Positions 1 through 8,202 are shown, counted from the stretch's first letter. The stretch: 29,791 nucleotides of DNA from a virus (IMGVR_UViG_3300032332_002159:1-29791); one strand, 5' to 3'. Numbers and translations: made by a program. The notes: generated by a model not told the origin, from the sequence alone.

Positions 1-525
1 CGTTTTGCAAACTTTATTGAACCTGGCGCAAAAGCAATCGTTATGGTTCGAGATTTGCGAGGCGTATTTGCATCCATGGAAAAAAATTACAGAAAAAATC
101 CACACAAAGATCCAATGATTATAGATGGTGCTCAACTCAAAAACATGACCACTGACACCAGACTGCAACATTTTTCTGTGTCACCTCCTATTGGACCTGC
201 TTTAGAATGGTTACGAGATGCAATCCAACAAGGTTATGACCAACATATTCTTTTTATTCGATTTGAAGATTTTACTTCAAACCCAGAAGCAGAAATTCAA
301 CGAATATATGAATACCTTGATATTCCATACTTTAAACATGATTTTGAAAATGTGCAACAATTAACACATGAAAATGATGTTATCCATGGAATATTTGGAG
401 ACCACGAGATCCAACCAGTAATTAAACCTGTAGCACAAGATTATACTAGTATTTTAGGTTTTCAAAACTGTGATAACATCAAACAAAGTTATGCCTGGTT
501 CTTTGACAAATTTAACTACAAATAA
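1..525 (+). CDS. Sulfotransferase family protein (5'-truncated by the window edge)
   Basis: Frame is open from base 1 (RFANFIEPGAKAIVMVRDLRGVFAS). The K-x-I-x-x-VRDxRxVxxS motif matches the 3'-phosphate-binding motif of PAPS-dependent sulfotransferases, followed by the typical FIRFEDFTSNPEAEIQRIYEYLDIP segment. Confidence 0.8.
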   Translation, partial: RFANFIEPGAKAIVMVRDLRGVFASMEKNYRKNPHKDPMIIDGAQLKNMTTDTRLQHFSVSPPIGPALEWLRDAIQQGYDQHILFIRFEDFTSNPEAEIQRIYEYLDIPYFKHDFENVQQLTHENDVIHGIFGDHEIQPVIKPVAQDYTSILGFQNCDNIKQSYAWFFDKFNYK

Positions 526-526
526 T

Positions 527-967
527 ATGATATATTGGTTTACAGGACAACCAGGACACGGTAAAACGGTTTTGGCAACAATGCTTAAACAATACCTAAA
601 TGGTAATTGTTTTCATGTTGATGGAGATGACATTAGAGAAATCTTTAACAACAAAGACTACTCAGAAACAGGTCGTAGAAAAAATATTGAACTAGCCCAA
701 CATTTAGCTCATTTTTTACACAATAAAGGACAAAATGTAGTTGTATCTTTAGTTTCACCATACAAAGATCAAAGAGATTCTTTTAAAGATAAACTTGGAG
801 ACAATATTTTAGAATATTATGTTCACACAACAAATATTAGAGGTAGAGAAGACTTTCATGTTAAAGAATATGAAGCACCAACCGAAAATTTTTGTGACAT
901 AGATACAACCGACAATTCACCTTTAAACAGTTTTCAACAAATAATTAGTTATGCAAAATTGGGATAA
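527..967 (+). CDS. cysC: Adenylyl-sulfate (APS) kinase
   Basis: MIYWFTGQPGHGKT P-loop, DGDDIR, YSETGRRKNI and VSLVSPY motifs. Start placed at ATG 527, right after the upstream TAA at 523-525, rather than at 470. Confidence 0.88.
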   Translation: MIYWFTGQPGHGKTVLATMLKQYLNGNCFHVDGDDIREIFNNKDYSETGRRKNIELAQHLAHFLHNKGQNVVVSLVSPYKDQRDSFKDKLGDNILEYYVHTTNIRGREDFHVKEYEAPTENFCDIDTTDNSPLNSFQQIISYAKLG

Positions 968-1346
968 AAAAGTACACGTACAATCATCTTTACCCGCAAA
1001 ATCAAATCAACATGCCATGTTTGTAGGTAGATGGCAACCTTTACATACAGGACATCAAGAATTATTTAAACGAGCAATGGATGAAGATAAAAACGTTTTG
1101 ATTTGTATTCGAGATATTCAACCGGATGAAAAAAATCCTTTTACAGCTGAACAAGTTAAAGAAAACATTACGTTGTTTTATGCAAACGAACCTCGAGTTA
1201 AAGTAATGGTTATACCTGATATTTGTTCAATTGAATTTGGACGTGGAGTTGGATATGATATTATAGAACATATCCCACCTACTGAAGTAGCAGAAATATC
1301 TGCAACTAAAATCAGAGAACAAATGCGTAAAGAAGGTAAATTATGA
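951..1346 (+). CDS. Small HIGH-superfamily (cytidyltransferase-like) nucleotidyltransferase; candidate minimal ATP sulfurylase
   Basis: MFVGRWQPLHTGH (HxGH) and C-terminal ISATKIRE (SxTxxR) motifs. Overlaps cysC. The substrate is inferred only from gene context. Confidence 0.75.
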   Translation: MQNWDKKVHVQSSLPAKSNQHAMFVGRWQPLHTGHQELFKRAMDEDKNVLICIRDIQPDEKNPFTAEQVKENITLFYANEPRVKVMVIPDICSIEFGRGVGYDIIEHIPPTEVAEISATKIREQMRKEGKL

Positions 1347-1783
1347 AACCAAAACAATTCCAAATCCGATTTAACACCGTATCTAGATCTGAAGATGATA
1401 GATGGAGATTGATTGAAGATGGTAATGAAATATTCGTTTCAAATATTATCATAAACGGACATACCTACACTACAAAAGACTGGCTAGAGGAAATTAACGA
1501 TTATAAATGGCATATTAGTTGTGAAGGATACTGTACTATAAAAAACAATGTTGCTTACGTTACAACTGTAAAAGAAGAATCAGTAATGGTTCGACACATT
1601 TTAAAAACATTTTCCTATAGAATTTTTGGAACACTAGTTACAGTGTTAACAGCTTATTCATTGGGCGCATCACTTGAGCTTTCTTCATTACTTGGGATAG
1701 GAGAAATCATACTCAAACCCATAATTTATTTTTTCCACGAACGCGTTTGGTATAAATGGATTAGAATTGGTTCTAAAAAATAA
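1343..1783 (+). CDS. Two-part protein: soluble N-terminal domain plus C-terminal DUF2061-like two-TM membrane domain
   Basis: C-terminal RHILKTFSYRIFGTLVT...LKPIIYFFHERVWY resembles DUF2061. ATGA overlap with the upstream gene. Confidence 0.65.
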   Translation: MKPKQFQIRFNTVSRSEDDRWRLIEDGNEIFVSNIIINGHTYTTKDWLEEINDYKWHISCEGYCTIKNNVAYVTTVKEESVMVRHILKTFSYRIFGTLVTVLTAYSLGASLELSSLLGIGEIILKPIIYFFHERVWYKWIRIGSKK

Positions 1784-1801
1784 AAAACATTTAAAATTTT
1801 A

Positions 1802-1810
1802 ATATATTTA
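1802..1810 (+). promoter_or_regulatory. Putative late promoter ATATTTATA
   Basis: Copy of the motif recurring before structural genes; 12 nt before ATG 1823. Confidence 0.7.
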
Positions 1811-1822
1811 TAATAAAATTAA

Positions 1823-2260
1823 ATGGCAAATACTTTATCTAAAGCTGGAATTACAACTGGAGCAACAGTTGAAACATGGCATATCACACAATCAATTGAT
1901 GCTCTTACAGCAACCTCAGCATATACCATCTCAATCTCAGGATCATTAGCTGTAACTGAAGGATCTACTACTCTTGGAATAGGAACAATTGCCTCAGCAT
2001 CATTTCAAACAGTTGTAGGCCAATACAATGCTCAAGGAGATAATAAATCAATGTTTATAGTAGGAATTGGAGGTGGAACGGGATCTCGTAAAGATGCTTT
2101 TAAAGTTACTACTCAAAGCTCAATCCAAATCCCCCAAACCCAATCCATTAAACCTGTATGGTCTGGAAGTGATGGTGAAATAGTACCTGCAACAGTAGGA
2201 GGTAAATATCTTCTCTATATGTGGATGAGTGGAGCCTGGAGATCAGGATCATTTGTATAA
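1823..2260 (+). CDS. Putative virion structural / tail-fibre-related protein
   Basis: Gly/Ser/Thr-rich, with VVGQYN...FIVGIGGG..RKDAFKV resembling fibre/adhesin head repeats. Preceded by the late motif. Confidence 0.5.
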   Translation: MANTLSKAGITTGATVETWHITQSIDALTATSAYTISISGSLAVTEGSTTLGIGTIASASFQTVVGQYNAQGDNKSMFIVGIGGGTGSRKDAFKVTTQSSIQIPQTQSIKPVWSGSDGEIVPATVGGKYLLYMWMSGAWRSGSFV

Positions 2261-2280
2261 AATAAAATAAAAATAAAATT

Positions 2281-2544
2281 ATGGGAATTGTTACAGAAAA
2301 AAAGTTTTTAACAAACGAAGAATTAAAACAATTAAAAGACATTCAAACAGAAACTCAAGCAATAGTGTTAGAGTTTGGTGAAATTGAAATGATTAAAATC
2401 CAAATTGAAAGCCGTCATGAAAATGCTAAAGCATTTTTAAGCGAACTTTCAACCAAGGAAAAAGAATTTACTCAATCTATCTTTGAAAAGTACGGGAAAT
2501 CCAACTTAAACCCTGAAACCGGTGAAATTAATAAAATAGATTAA
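2281..2544 (+). CDS. Hypothetical coiled-coil protein
   Basis: Charged heptad pattern ending in EKYGKSNLNPETGEI; A-rich leader. Confidence 0.6.
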   Translation: MGIVTEKKFLTNEELKQLKDIQTETQAIVLEFGEIEMIKIQIESRHENAKAFLSELSTKEKEFTQSIFEKYGKSNLNPETGEINKID

Positions 2545-2561
2545 TCTAATTTAGATACACC

Positions 2562-2576
2562 ATATTTATAATAAAA
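2562..2576 (+). promoter_or_regulatory. Putative late promoter ATATTTATAATAAAA
   Basis: Full 15-nt motif upstream of sheath gene 1. Confidence 0.8.
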
Positions 2577-2590
2577 TAATTTAATTTGCA

Positions 2591-4357
2591 ATGGCAGAAA
2601 CAATTGTATCACCTGGTGTATTAGCTATAGAGAACGATCAATCATTTATTACTCAAGCTCCTGTTCAAGCAGGTGCCGCTATTATAGGACCAACGGTTAA
2701 AGGAAAAGTAGGTATTCCTACATTAGTTACTACTTATAGTCAATATGTTAATGAATTTGGAACTACATTTTTAAGTGGAAGTCAAACATACTCATATTTA
2801 ACTTCAATTTCGGCATACAACTATTTTAATAGTGGAGGTACTTCACTACTTGTTACAAGAGTAGTAAGCGGTAGTACCACAACAGCCTGGACCCAAGCAT
2901 CATCTTCATTCGTCTCAGCTTCATCTCATGCTGCGGGTTCACCATATAATACAAATGTATTTATTTTAGAGACATTAGCTGAAGGTGAAATATTAAATAG
3001 TGTAGGCCCTACAGGTTCAAATGGAACTTTATTAAGCGGCTCAGCTAATAATTACAGATGGCAAATTACATCTCCTGATACTACAAATGGTACATTTACT
3101 TTATTAATTAGACAAGGTAATGATACAGATACTTCACTTTCAATTTTAGAAACTTGGAGTAATTTATCATTAGATCCATTTGCTCCAAATTATATTGAAA
3201 AAGCAATCGGAAATCAAATTGAAAATGTTGCATTTGATTCCTCAACTAATGAATATTATATTCAACTTTCGGGAAGTTATATTAATAAATCTAGCTACGT
3301 TAGAGTAAAACAAGTTAACCAAACTACTCCAAATTATTTTGATAATGTAGGAAATCCTAAAAATGAATTTACCGGTTCAATTCCAACAACTTCAAGCGGA
3401 GTATTTGGAGATGGTAAAGGAAAAAATATCCCAACAGGTGCAGCAGGAGCATATTACGAAAATATTTCAAATTCTAATATTCAAGGTATTTCTGCAAGTG
3501 CTTACACTGAATCAATTTCATTATTAGCAAATAAAGATGCATACAGTTATAATTTTATAACAGCTCCTGGACTTATTGGAGACTCTACAAATTATGCATT
3601 ACATTACTCTGTAGTAAGACAACTTATTACAATGGTCCAAGGTAGAGGAGATACAATGGCTATAATTGATGTTGTAGGATACGGATCAAATATCATTCCG
3701 GTAACAACAAATGCTGCTAATTTTGATACTTCATACGCTGCAACATATTGGCCTTGGTTAAAAACAATTGATCCAAATTCTGGTACTCAAGTATGGGTTC
3801 CGGCTTCAACAATGGTTCCAAGTGTATATGCATTTAATGATAATGTTGCTGCTCCATGGTTTGCACCCGCAGGTATTAATAGAGGAATTCTTCCAACTGC
3901 AGTTCAAACTGAAAGAGTATTAACTCAAGCAAATAGAGATTTACTTTATCAAAAGAATGTAAATGCAATTGCTACTTTCCCTAATACAGGTGTAGTAGTA
4001 TTTGGACAAAAAACATTACAGAAAAGATCAAGTGCGCTTGATCGTGTAAACGTAAGACGTTTATTAATTGAACTTAAAAATTACATTACACAAGTAGCAG
4101 ATACATTTGTATTTGAACAAAACGATACAGTTACTCGAAATAACTTCTTAGGAATTGTTAATCCCTACCTTGCTACAGTTCAACAAAGAGAAGGCTTAAC
4201 AGCATTTAAAGTAGTAATGGATGAGACAAATAATCCACCAAGTGTAGTAGACCAGAACCAATTAATTGGACAAATTTATTTACAACCAACCCGAACTGTT
4301 GAATTTATTATCTTAGACTTTAATATATTACCTACGGGTGCAACATTCCCTGCTTAA
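2591..4357 (+). CDS. Tail sheath protein 1 (T4 gp18-like)
   Basis: N-terminal SPGV; C-terminal sheath motifs YAATYWPW, PWFAPAGINRG, VVFGQKTLQ, LDRVNVRRL, FVFEQND, IYLQPTRTVEFI. Confidence 0.95.
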   Translation: MAETIVSPGVLAIENDQSFITQAPVQAGAAIIGPTVKGKVGIPTLVTTYSQYVNEFGTTFLSGSQTYSYLTSISAYNYFNSGGTSLLVTRVVSGSTTTAWTQASSSFVSASSHAAGSPYNTNVFILETLAEGEILNSVGPTGSNGTLLSGSANNYRWQITSPDTTNGTFTLLIRQGNDTDTSLSILETWSNLSLDPFAPNYIEKAIGNQIENVAFDSSTNEYYIQLSGSYINKSSYVRVKQVNQTTPNYFDNVGNPKNEFTGSIPTTSSGVFGDGKGKNIPTGAAGAYYENISNSNIQGISASAYTESISLLANKDAYSYNFITAPGLIGDSTNYALHYSVVRQLITMVQGRGDTMAIIDVVGYGSNIIPVTTNAANFDTSYAATYWPWLKTIDPNSGTQVWVPASTMVPSVYAFNDNVAAPWFAPAGINRGILPTAVQTERVLTQANRDLLYQKNVNAIATFPNTGVVVFGQKTLQKRSSALDRVNVRRLLIELKNYITQVADTFVFEQNDTVTRNNFLGIVNPYLATVQQREGLTAFKVVMDETNNPPSVVDQNQLIGQIYLQPTRTVEFIILDFNILPTGATFPA

Positions 4358-4381
4358 TTTAAGATTTTAAAAAAGAATTCA

Positions 4382-4396
4382 ATATTTATAATAAAA
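4382..4396 (+). promoter_or_regulatory. Putative late promoter ATATTTATAATAAAA
   Basis: Full motif upstream of sheath gene 2. Confidence 0.8.
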
Positions 4397-4403
4397 AGAT
4401 AAA

Positions 4404-6104
4404 ATGGCAAAATTTACAGTTTCCCCTGGAGTAGCGATTAGTGAAATAGATAATACCTTCTTAACAGGCCAACCAGTACAAGCAGGTGCTGCTATTATTG
4501 GACCTACGGTTAAAGGTCCTGTTGAAAACCCAACATTAGTAACCTCCTATTCAGACTATGTTAATTTGTTTGGGGATACTTTTATTAGTGGTGGTAATTC
4601 ATATTCATTCTTAACTTCAATTGCAGCATATAATTACTTTAATTATGGAGGTGATTCATTATTAGTAACTCGTGTTGTAACAGGTTCATATACACCTGCT
4701 TCAAGTACAACAGTTTCTAACTATTTGAATGCTGCTTCATCTTCATTTACCCTTGAAACACTTTCACAAGGTGTAATCATGAACAGTTCAAGTTCAATAG
4801 ACTCAAACGGAGCTTTAGCCTCAGGATCAAATGATAATATTCGTTTTGAAATTACAAATTCAAATACAGGATCAGGTACATTTAACGTTTTAATTAGACG
4901 TGGAAATGATATTACAAACAACCCAGTAGTACTTGAATCATTTAATAATGTAAACTTAGATCCAAATTCAAACCGATATATTGCTAATGTAATTGGAGAT
5001 CAAAGATTAAATTATAATGCTACTAACAATCAAATGGATTTATCTGGAAGTTATTCAAATAAATCTCGTTATGTTCGTGTTAAAGCAGTTAATTACAATA
5101 CACCAAATTATTTTGATGCTAGTGGACTCCCAGTTTCAGCTTATACAGCTTCAATCCCGGTAAATGGATCAGGTTCATTCACAGGAGCTACAGGTACATT
5201 GAATACAACAATGAACATGTACGATAATATTTCAACAAATACTCAAGGTTTGACAGGTGGAAATTATGATAACATGATTGCATTGCTTGGAAACCGTGAT
5301 GCATATCAATTTAATGTATTATTTGCCCCTGGATTATTAAATGATACTCATACAACTCAAATTACAAATATTATCACTAATACAACTTCAAGAGGAGATA
5401 ATTTATTTGTACTTGATTTAACAGATTTTAATAGTACCGTTGGAGAAGCAACAGCTCAAGCTCAAACAAGAGATACTTCATATGCTGCAACATATTGGCC
5501 TTGGGTTCGTATTGCAGACCCAGCAACAGGAAAACAAGTTTGGGTACCAGCTTCAACAGTAATCCCAGGTGTATACGCATTTAACGATAAGGTATCTGCT
5601 CCTTGGTTCGCACCTGCAGGTATTAACCGCGGTGGATTAAACACAGTATTACAAGCTCAATTCAAATTGTCGCAAGCAAATAAAGACGCGTTGTATTCAA
5701 GTAATGTTAACCCATTAGCAACACTACCTAAACAAGGTGTTGTAGTATTTGGACAGAAAACATTACAAAAAGCATCTTCAGCTCTTGACCGTGTAAATGT
5801 AAGACGTTTGATGATTGAATTAAAATCATACATTCGTCAAATTGCTGATACAGTAGTATTTGAACAAAATACAATTGCAACAAGAAATTCATTCTTAGCT
5901 AAAGTAGGACCATATTTAGATATCATTCAACAAAAACAAGGATTATATGCTTATAAAGTAGTAATGGATGATTCAAATAACGGACCAGCAGTAATTGATC
6001 AAAATCAATTAATTGGACAAATTTATATTAAACCTACACGCACAGCAGAATTTGTTTCCCTAGATTTTATCTTGTTACCAACAGGAGCTAATTTTCCGGG
6101 ATAA
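4404..6104 (+). CDS. Tail sheath protein 2 (full-length paralog)
   Basis: Same motif set as sheath 1 (SPGV, PWFAPAGINRG, FGQKTLQ, DRVNVRRL, KPTRTAEFV); collinear along its length. Confidence 0.95.
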   Translation: MAKFTVSPGVAISEIDNTFLTGQPVQAGAAIIGPTVKGPVENPTLVTSYSDYVNLFGDTFISGGNSYSFLTSIAAYNYFNYGGDSLLVTRVVTGSYTPASSTTVSNYLNAASSSFTLETLSQGVIMNSSSSIDSNGALASGSNDNIRFEITNSNTGSGTFNVLIRRGNDITNNPVVLESFNNVNLDPNSNRYIANVIGDQRLNYNATNNQMDLSGSYSNKSRYVRVKAVNYNTPNYFDASGLPVSAYTASIPVNGSGSFTGATGTLNTTMNMYDNISTNTQGLTGGNYDNMIALLGNRDAYQFNVLFAPGLLNDTHTTQITNIITNTTSRGDNLFVLDLTDFNSTVGEATAQAQTRDTSYAATYWPWVRIADPATGKQVWVPASTVIPGVYAFNDKVSAPWFAPAGINRGGLNTVLQAQFKLSQANKDALYSSNVNPLATLPKQGVVVFGQKTLQKASSALDRVNVRRLMIELKSYIRQIADTVVFEQNTIATRNSFLAKVGPYLDIIQQKQGLYAYKVVMDDSNNGPAVIDQNQLIGQIYIKPTRTAEFVSLDFILLPTGANFPG

Positions 6105-6119
6105 AAATTTAAAAGTTGA

Positions 6120-6134
6120 ATATTTATAATAAAA
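6120..6134 (+). promoter_or_regulatory. Putative late promoter ATATTTATAATAAAA
   Basis: Full motif upstream of the tail tube gene. Confidence 0.8.
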
Positions 6135-6154
6135 CAAAACTAAACTAAAATAAA

Positions 6155-6643
6155 ATGGCAATTCTAAATCCAAACGAAATATTTTACACAGCGTTTGAAC
6201 CAAAACAAACAAACCGATTCATCCTGTATTTGGATGGCATTCCCGCATATTTGATTAAGGGAGTTGGTGCTGTTTCTTTAACTCAAACTGCAGTTGCTAT
6301 TAATCATATTAACGTTCAACGTTATGTAAAAGGAAAAACTATTTGGAATACCATCCAATTTACAATGTACGAATCAATTACTCCTTCAGCTGCTCAAGCT
6401 GTAATGGAATGGGTACGTTTAGGCCACGAATCTGTAACAGGTAGAGATGGTTATTCTGATTTCTATAAGAAAAACGTTACATTCAACGCAATTGGACCTG
6501 TAGGTGATATCGTTTCAGAATGGAAAATTATGGGAGCTATGATTACTGAAGTTAACTTTGGAGACTATAACTGGGATGACGATGGAACACCTGTAAACAT
6601 CCAGGTAACAGTACAACCTGACTACTGCATCTTAAACTACTAA
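6155..6643 (+). CDS. Tail tube protein (T4 gp19-like)
   Basis: 162 aa directly after the sheath genes; EPKQTNRF, RYVKGKTIW, EWKIMGA..TEVNFGDYNW and VTVQPDY patterns typical of gp19-like tubes. Confidence 0.88.
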   Translation: MAILNPNEIFYTAFEPKQTNRFILYLDGIPAYLIKGVGAVSLTQTAVAINHINVQRYVKGKTIWNTIQFTMYESITPSAAQAVMEWVRLGHESVTGRDGYSDFYKKNVTFNAIGPVGDIVSEWKIMGAMITEVNFGDYNWDDDGTPVNIQVTVQPDYCILNY

Positions 6644-6664
6644 TATTAGGTTAAACAATAAAAG

Positions 6665-6700
6665 TAAAGGCTCCAATTTTTTATTTGGAGCTTTTATTTT
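6665..6700 (+). terminator. Rho-independent terminator after the tail tube gene
   Basis: Stem TAAAGGCTCCAA / TTGGAGCTTTTA (one G-U pair) with a T-rich tail. Confidence 0.8.
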
Positions 6701-6713
6701 CTTATTGTATGTT
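6685..6713 (+). promoter_or_regulatory. Possible early-type promoter TTGGAG-N17-TATGTT overlapping the terminator
   Basis: Same spacing as the elements at 17090, 19739 and 22743. Confidence 0.4.
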
Positions 6714-6714
6714 A

Positions 6715-6723
6715 ATATTTATA
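6715..6723 (+). promoter_or_regulatory. Putative late promoter ATATTTATA
   Basis: Exact 9-mer, 5 nt before ATG 6729. Confidence 0.7.
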
Positions 6724-6728
6724 ATAGT

Positions 6729-7100
6729 ATGAAATTAGACAATTTACGCCAATTAGTAAAAGAAGAGTTAAAAAGAACTCTTAACGAAGACTATCAAGAC
6801 AAATATAAGATGGTAGGAATGCTTATCACTAACATTAAGAAACGCCCACAAAAGGAAATCTTTTCAGATATCCGTTCAATCCCAGGTATTACTGTAGCGT
6901 CTTCAAAAGAACCTATGCCGTATAACGAACAAGATACAGAAAAATTTCAAACTATTTTAACTATTAAAGTAGATGGTCACCCTTGGATTTCAAAAGGTGG
7001 ATTTGATAGAAGTAAAATGGATGAAATCCGCAAAGAAATATTAAGAGTCCCAGGAGTTTTATCATATGGTGTAAATCCTGATAATATTACTACTCTCTAA
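6729..7100 (+). CDS. Hypothetical protein with LRQLVKEE...LNE leader
   Basis: Start moved from 6705 to ATG 6729 because the late motif lies at 6715-6723. Confidence 0.65.
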   Translation: MKLDNLRQLVKEELKRTLNEDYQDKYKMVGMLITNIKKRPQKEIFSDIRSIPGITVASSKEPMPYNEQDTEKFQTILTIKVDGHPWISKGGFDRSKMDEIRKEILRVPGVLSYGVNPDNITTL

Positions 7101-7101
7101 T

Positions 7102-7110
7102 ATATGTATA
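7102..7110 (+). promoter_or_regulatory. Variant late promoter ATATGTATA
   Basis: One mismatch to the motif; intergenic, upstream of the gp26-like gene. Confidence 0.5.
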
Positions 7111-7141
7111 TAAGACAATTAAGTTATAACAAATAAAAATT

Positions 7142-7873
7142 ATGGAAGAAAAATTTAAAATGCCCACTGAATGGGTCGATTTACCATCTAAAGGTTTACT
7201 TTACCCTGAAGGGTCTGAATTAGCAAAAGGTCAAGTTGAAATTAAATACATGACTGCTAAAGAAGAAGATATCCTTACTAACCAATCATATATTCGAAAC
7301 GGTACTGTACTAGATAGACTACTTAAATCAGTAATTGTATCAAAAATTGAATATGATGAATTGCTTATAGGTGATAAAAACGCTATTATGATAGCAGCTC
7401 GTATCTTAGGATATGGCTCAGATTATTCATTTGAATATAATGGAGAATCACAAACCGTAGATTTATCTCAAGTTGAAAATAAACTACTTAAAGAAGGTTT
7501 ATTTAATAATGGTGTGAATGAATTTCCATTTACTCTTCCAAAATCAAAATATGAAGTAACTTTTAAACTTTTAACTCATAAAGATGAACAAGACATTAAT
7601 CGTGAGCTAGAAGGACTTAAAAAAATCCATAAAGACAATTCCCCGGAACTCTCAACCCGATTAAAATACTTGATTACCTCAGTAGATGGAAGTCGAGAAA
7701 AACAAGACATTCGAGAGTTTATAGATAAAGCTCTATTAGCCCAAGACTCACGTGCCTTAAGAGAACATATTAAAGAGATACAGCCAGATGTTGATCTTAC
7801 TTTTTTTCCCGACGGGAGTAATGATAGAGTCAATATCCCAATTGGGCTTAACTTTTTTTGGCCTGACATATGA
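7142..7873 (+). CDS. Baseplate hub assembly / tail assembly chaperone (T4 gp26-like)
   Basis: VDLPSKGLLY, IKYMTAKEEDIL, LLIGDKNAIMIAARILGYG motifs; lies between the tube and tape measure genes; ends NFFWPDI. Confidence 0.75.
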   Translation: MEEKFKMPTEWVDLPSKGLLYPEGSELAKGQVEIKYMTAKEEDILTNQSYIRNGTVLDRLLKSVIVSKIEYDELLIGDKNAIMIAARILGYGSDYSFEYNGESQTVDLSQVENKLLKEGLFNNGVNEFPFTLPKSKYEVTFKLLTHKDEQDINRELEGLKKIHKDNSPELSTRLKYLITSVDGSREKQDIREFIDKALLAQDSRALREHIKEIQPDVDLTFFPDGSNDRVNIPIGLNFFWPDI

Positions 7874-8165
7874 TATAGCACCTCAAGCTAGAGCCGCTAT
7901 ATTTACACAAATCCACGAAATCGTTTTCCACGGTAAAGGAGGTTATGATTGGCATACCATTTATGATATGCCAATTTGGCTTCGCCGTTTTACTTTTAAT
8001 AAAATTCAATCATTTTATCAAGATGAAAAGGATACTTATGAAAGTAAGGATAAAGGTGGAGGAAAACAAACTGTTATAAATCCAGATGGTACTATAAAAA
8101 CACCTGAACTTTTACAAAAAGCTCATCCTGGTAGAACTTCAAAACCCCCTATTAAATATCAATAA
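7788..8165 (+). CDS. gp51-like / tail chaperone extension, probably reached by frameshift from the upstream gene
   Basis: Open +1 frame overlapping the last 86 nt of the upstream gene. IHEIVFHGKGGYDWHTIYDMPIWLRRF resembles the 'el..MP..eR' core of gp51/GT-type chaperones. True start uncertain. Confidence 0.6.
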   Translation: MLILLFFPTGVMIESISQLGLTFFGLTYDIAPQARAAIFTQIHEIVFHGKGGYDWHTIYDMPIWLRRFTFNKIQSFYQDEKDTYESKDKGGGKQTVINPDGTIKTPELLQKAHPGRTSKPPIKYQ

Positions 8166-8180
8166 AAGTATTAAAATTTA

Positions 8181-8195
8181 ATATTTATAACAAAA
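8181..8195 (+). promoter_or_regulatory. Putative late promoter ATATTTATAACAAAA
   Basis: Motif upstream of the tape measure gene. Confidence 0.75.
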
Positions 8196-8202
8196 TATTT
8201 AA

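Noticed and set aside
2258-2280. AAAAT tandem repeats
   Set aside because: Ordinary A-rich leader; too short and low-complexity to call an element.
2544-2556. Inverted repeat ATCTAA-T-TTAGAT upstream of the sheath 1 promoter
   Set aside because: Short, AT-rich and single-copy; plausible by chance.
7799-7821. Canonical -1 frameshift at T TTT TTT (7801-7807)
   Set aside because: The -1 frame reaches TAA within four codons; only the +1/-2 frame is productive.
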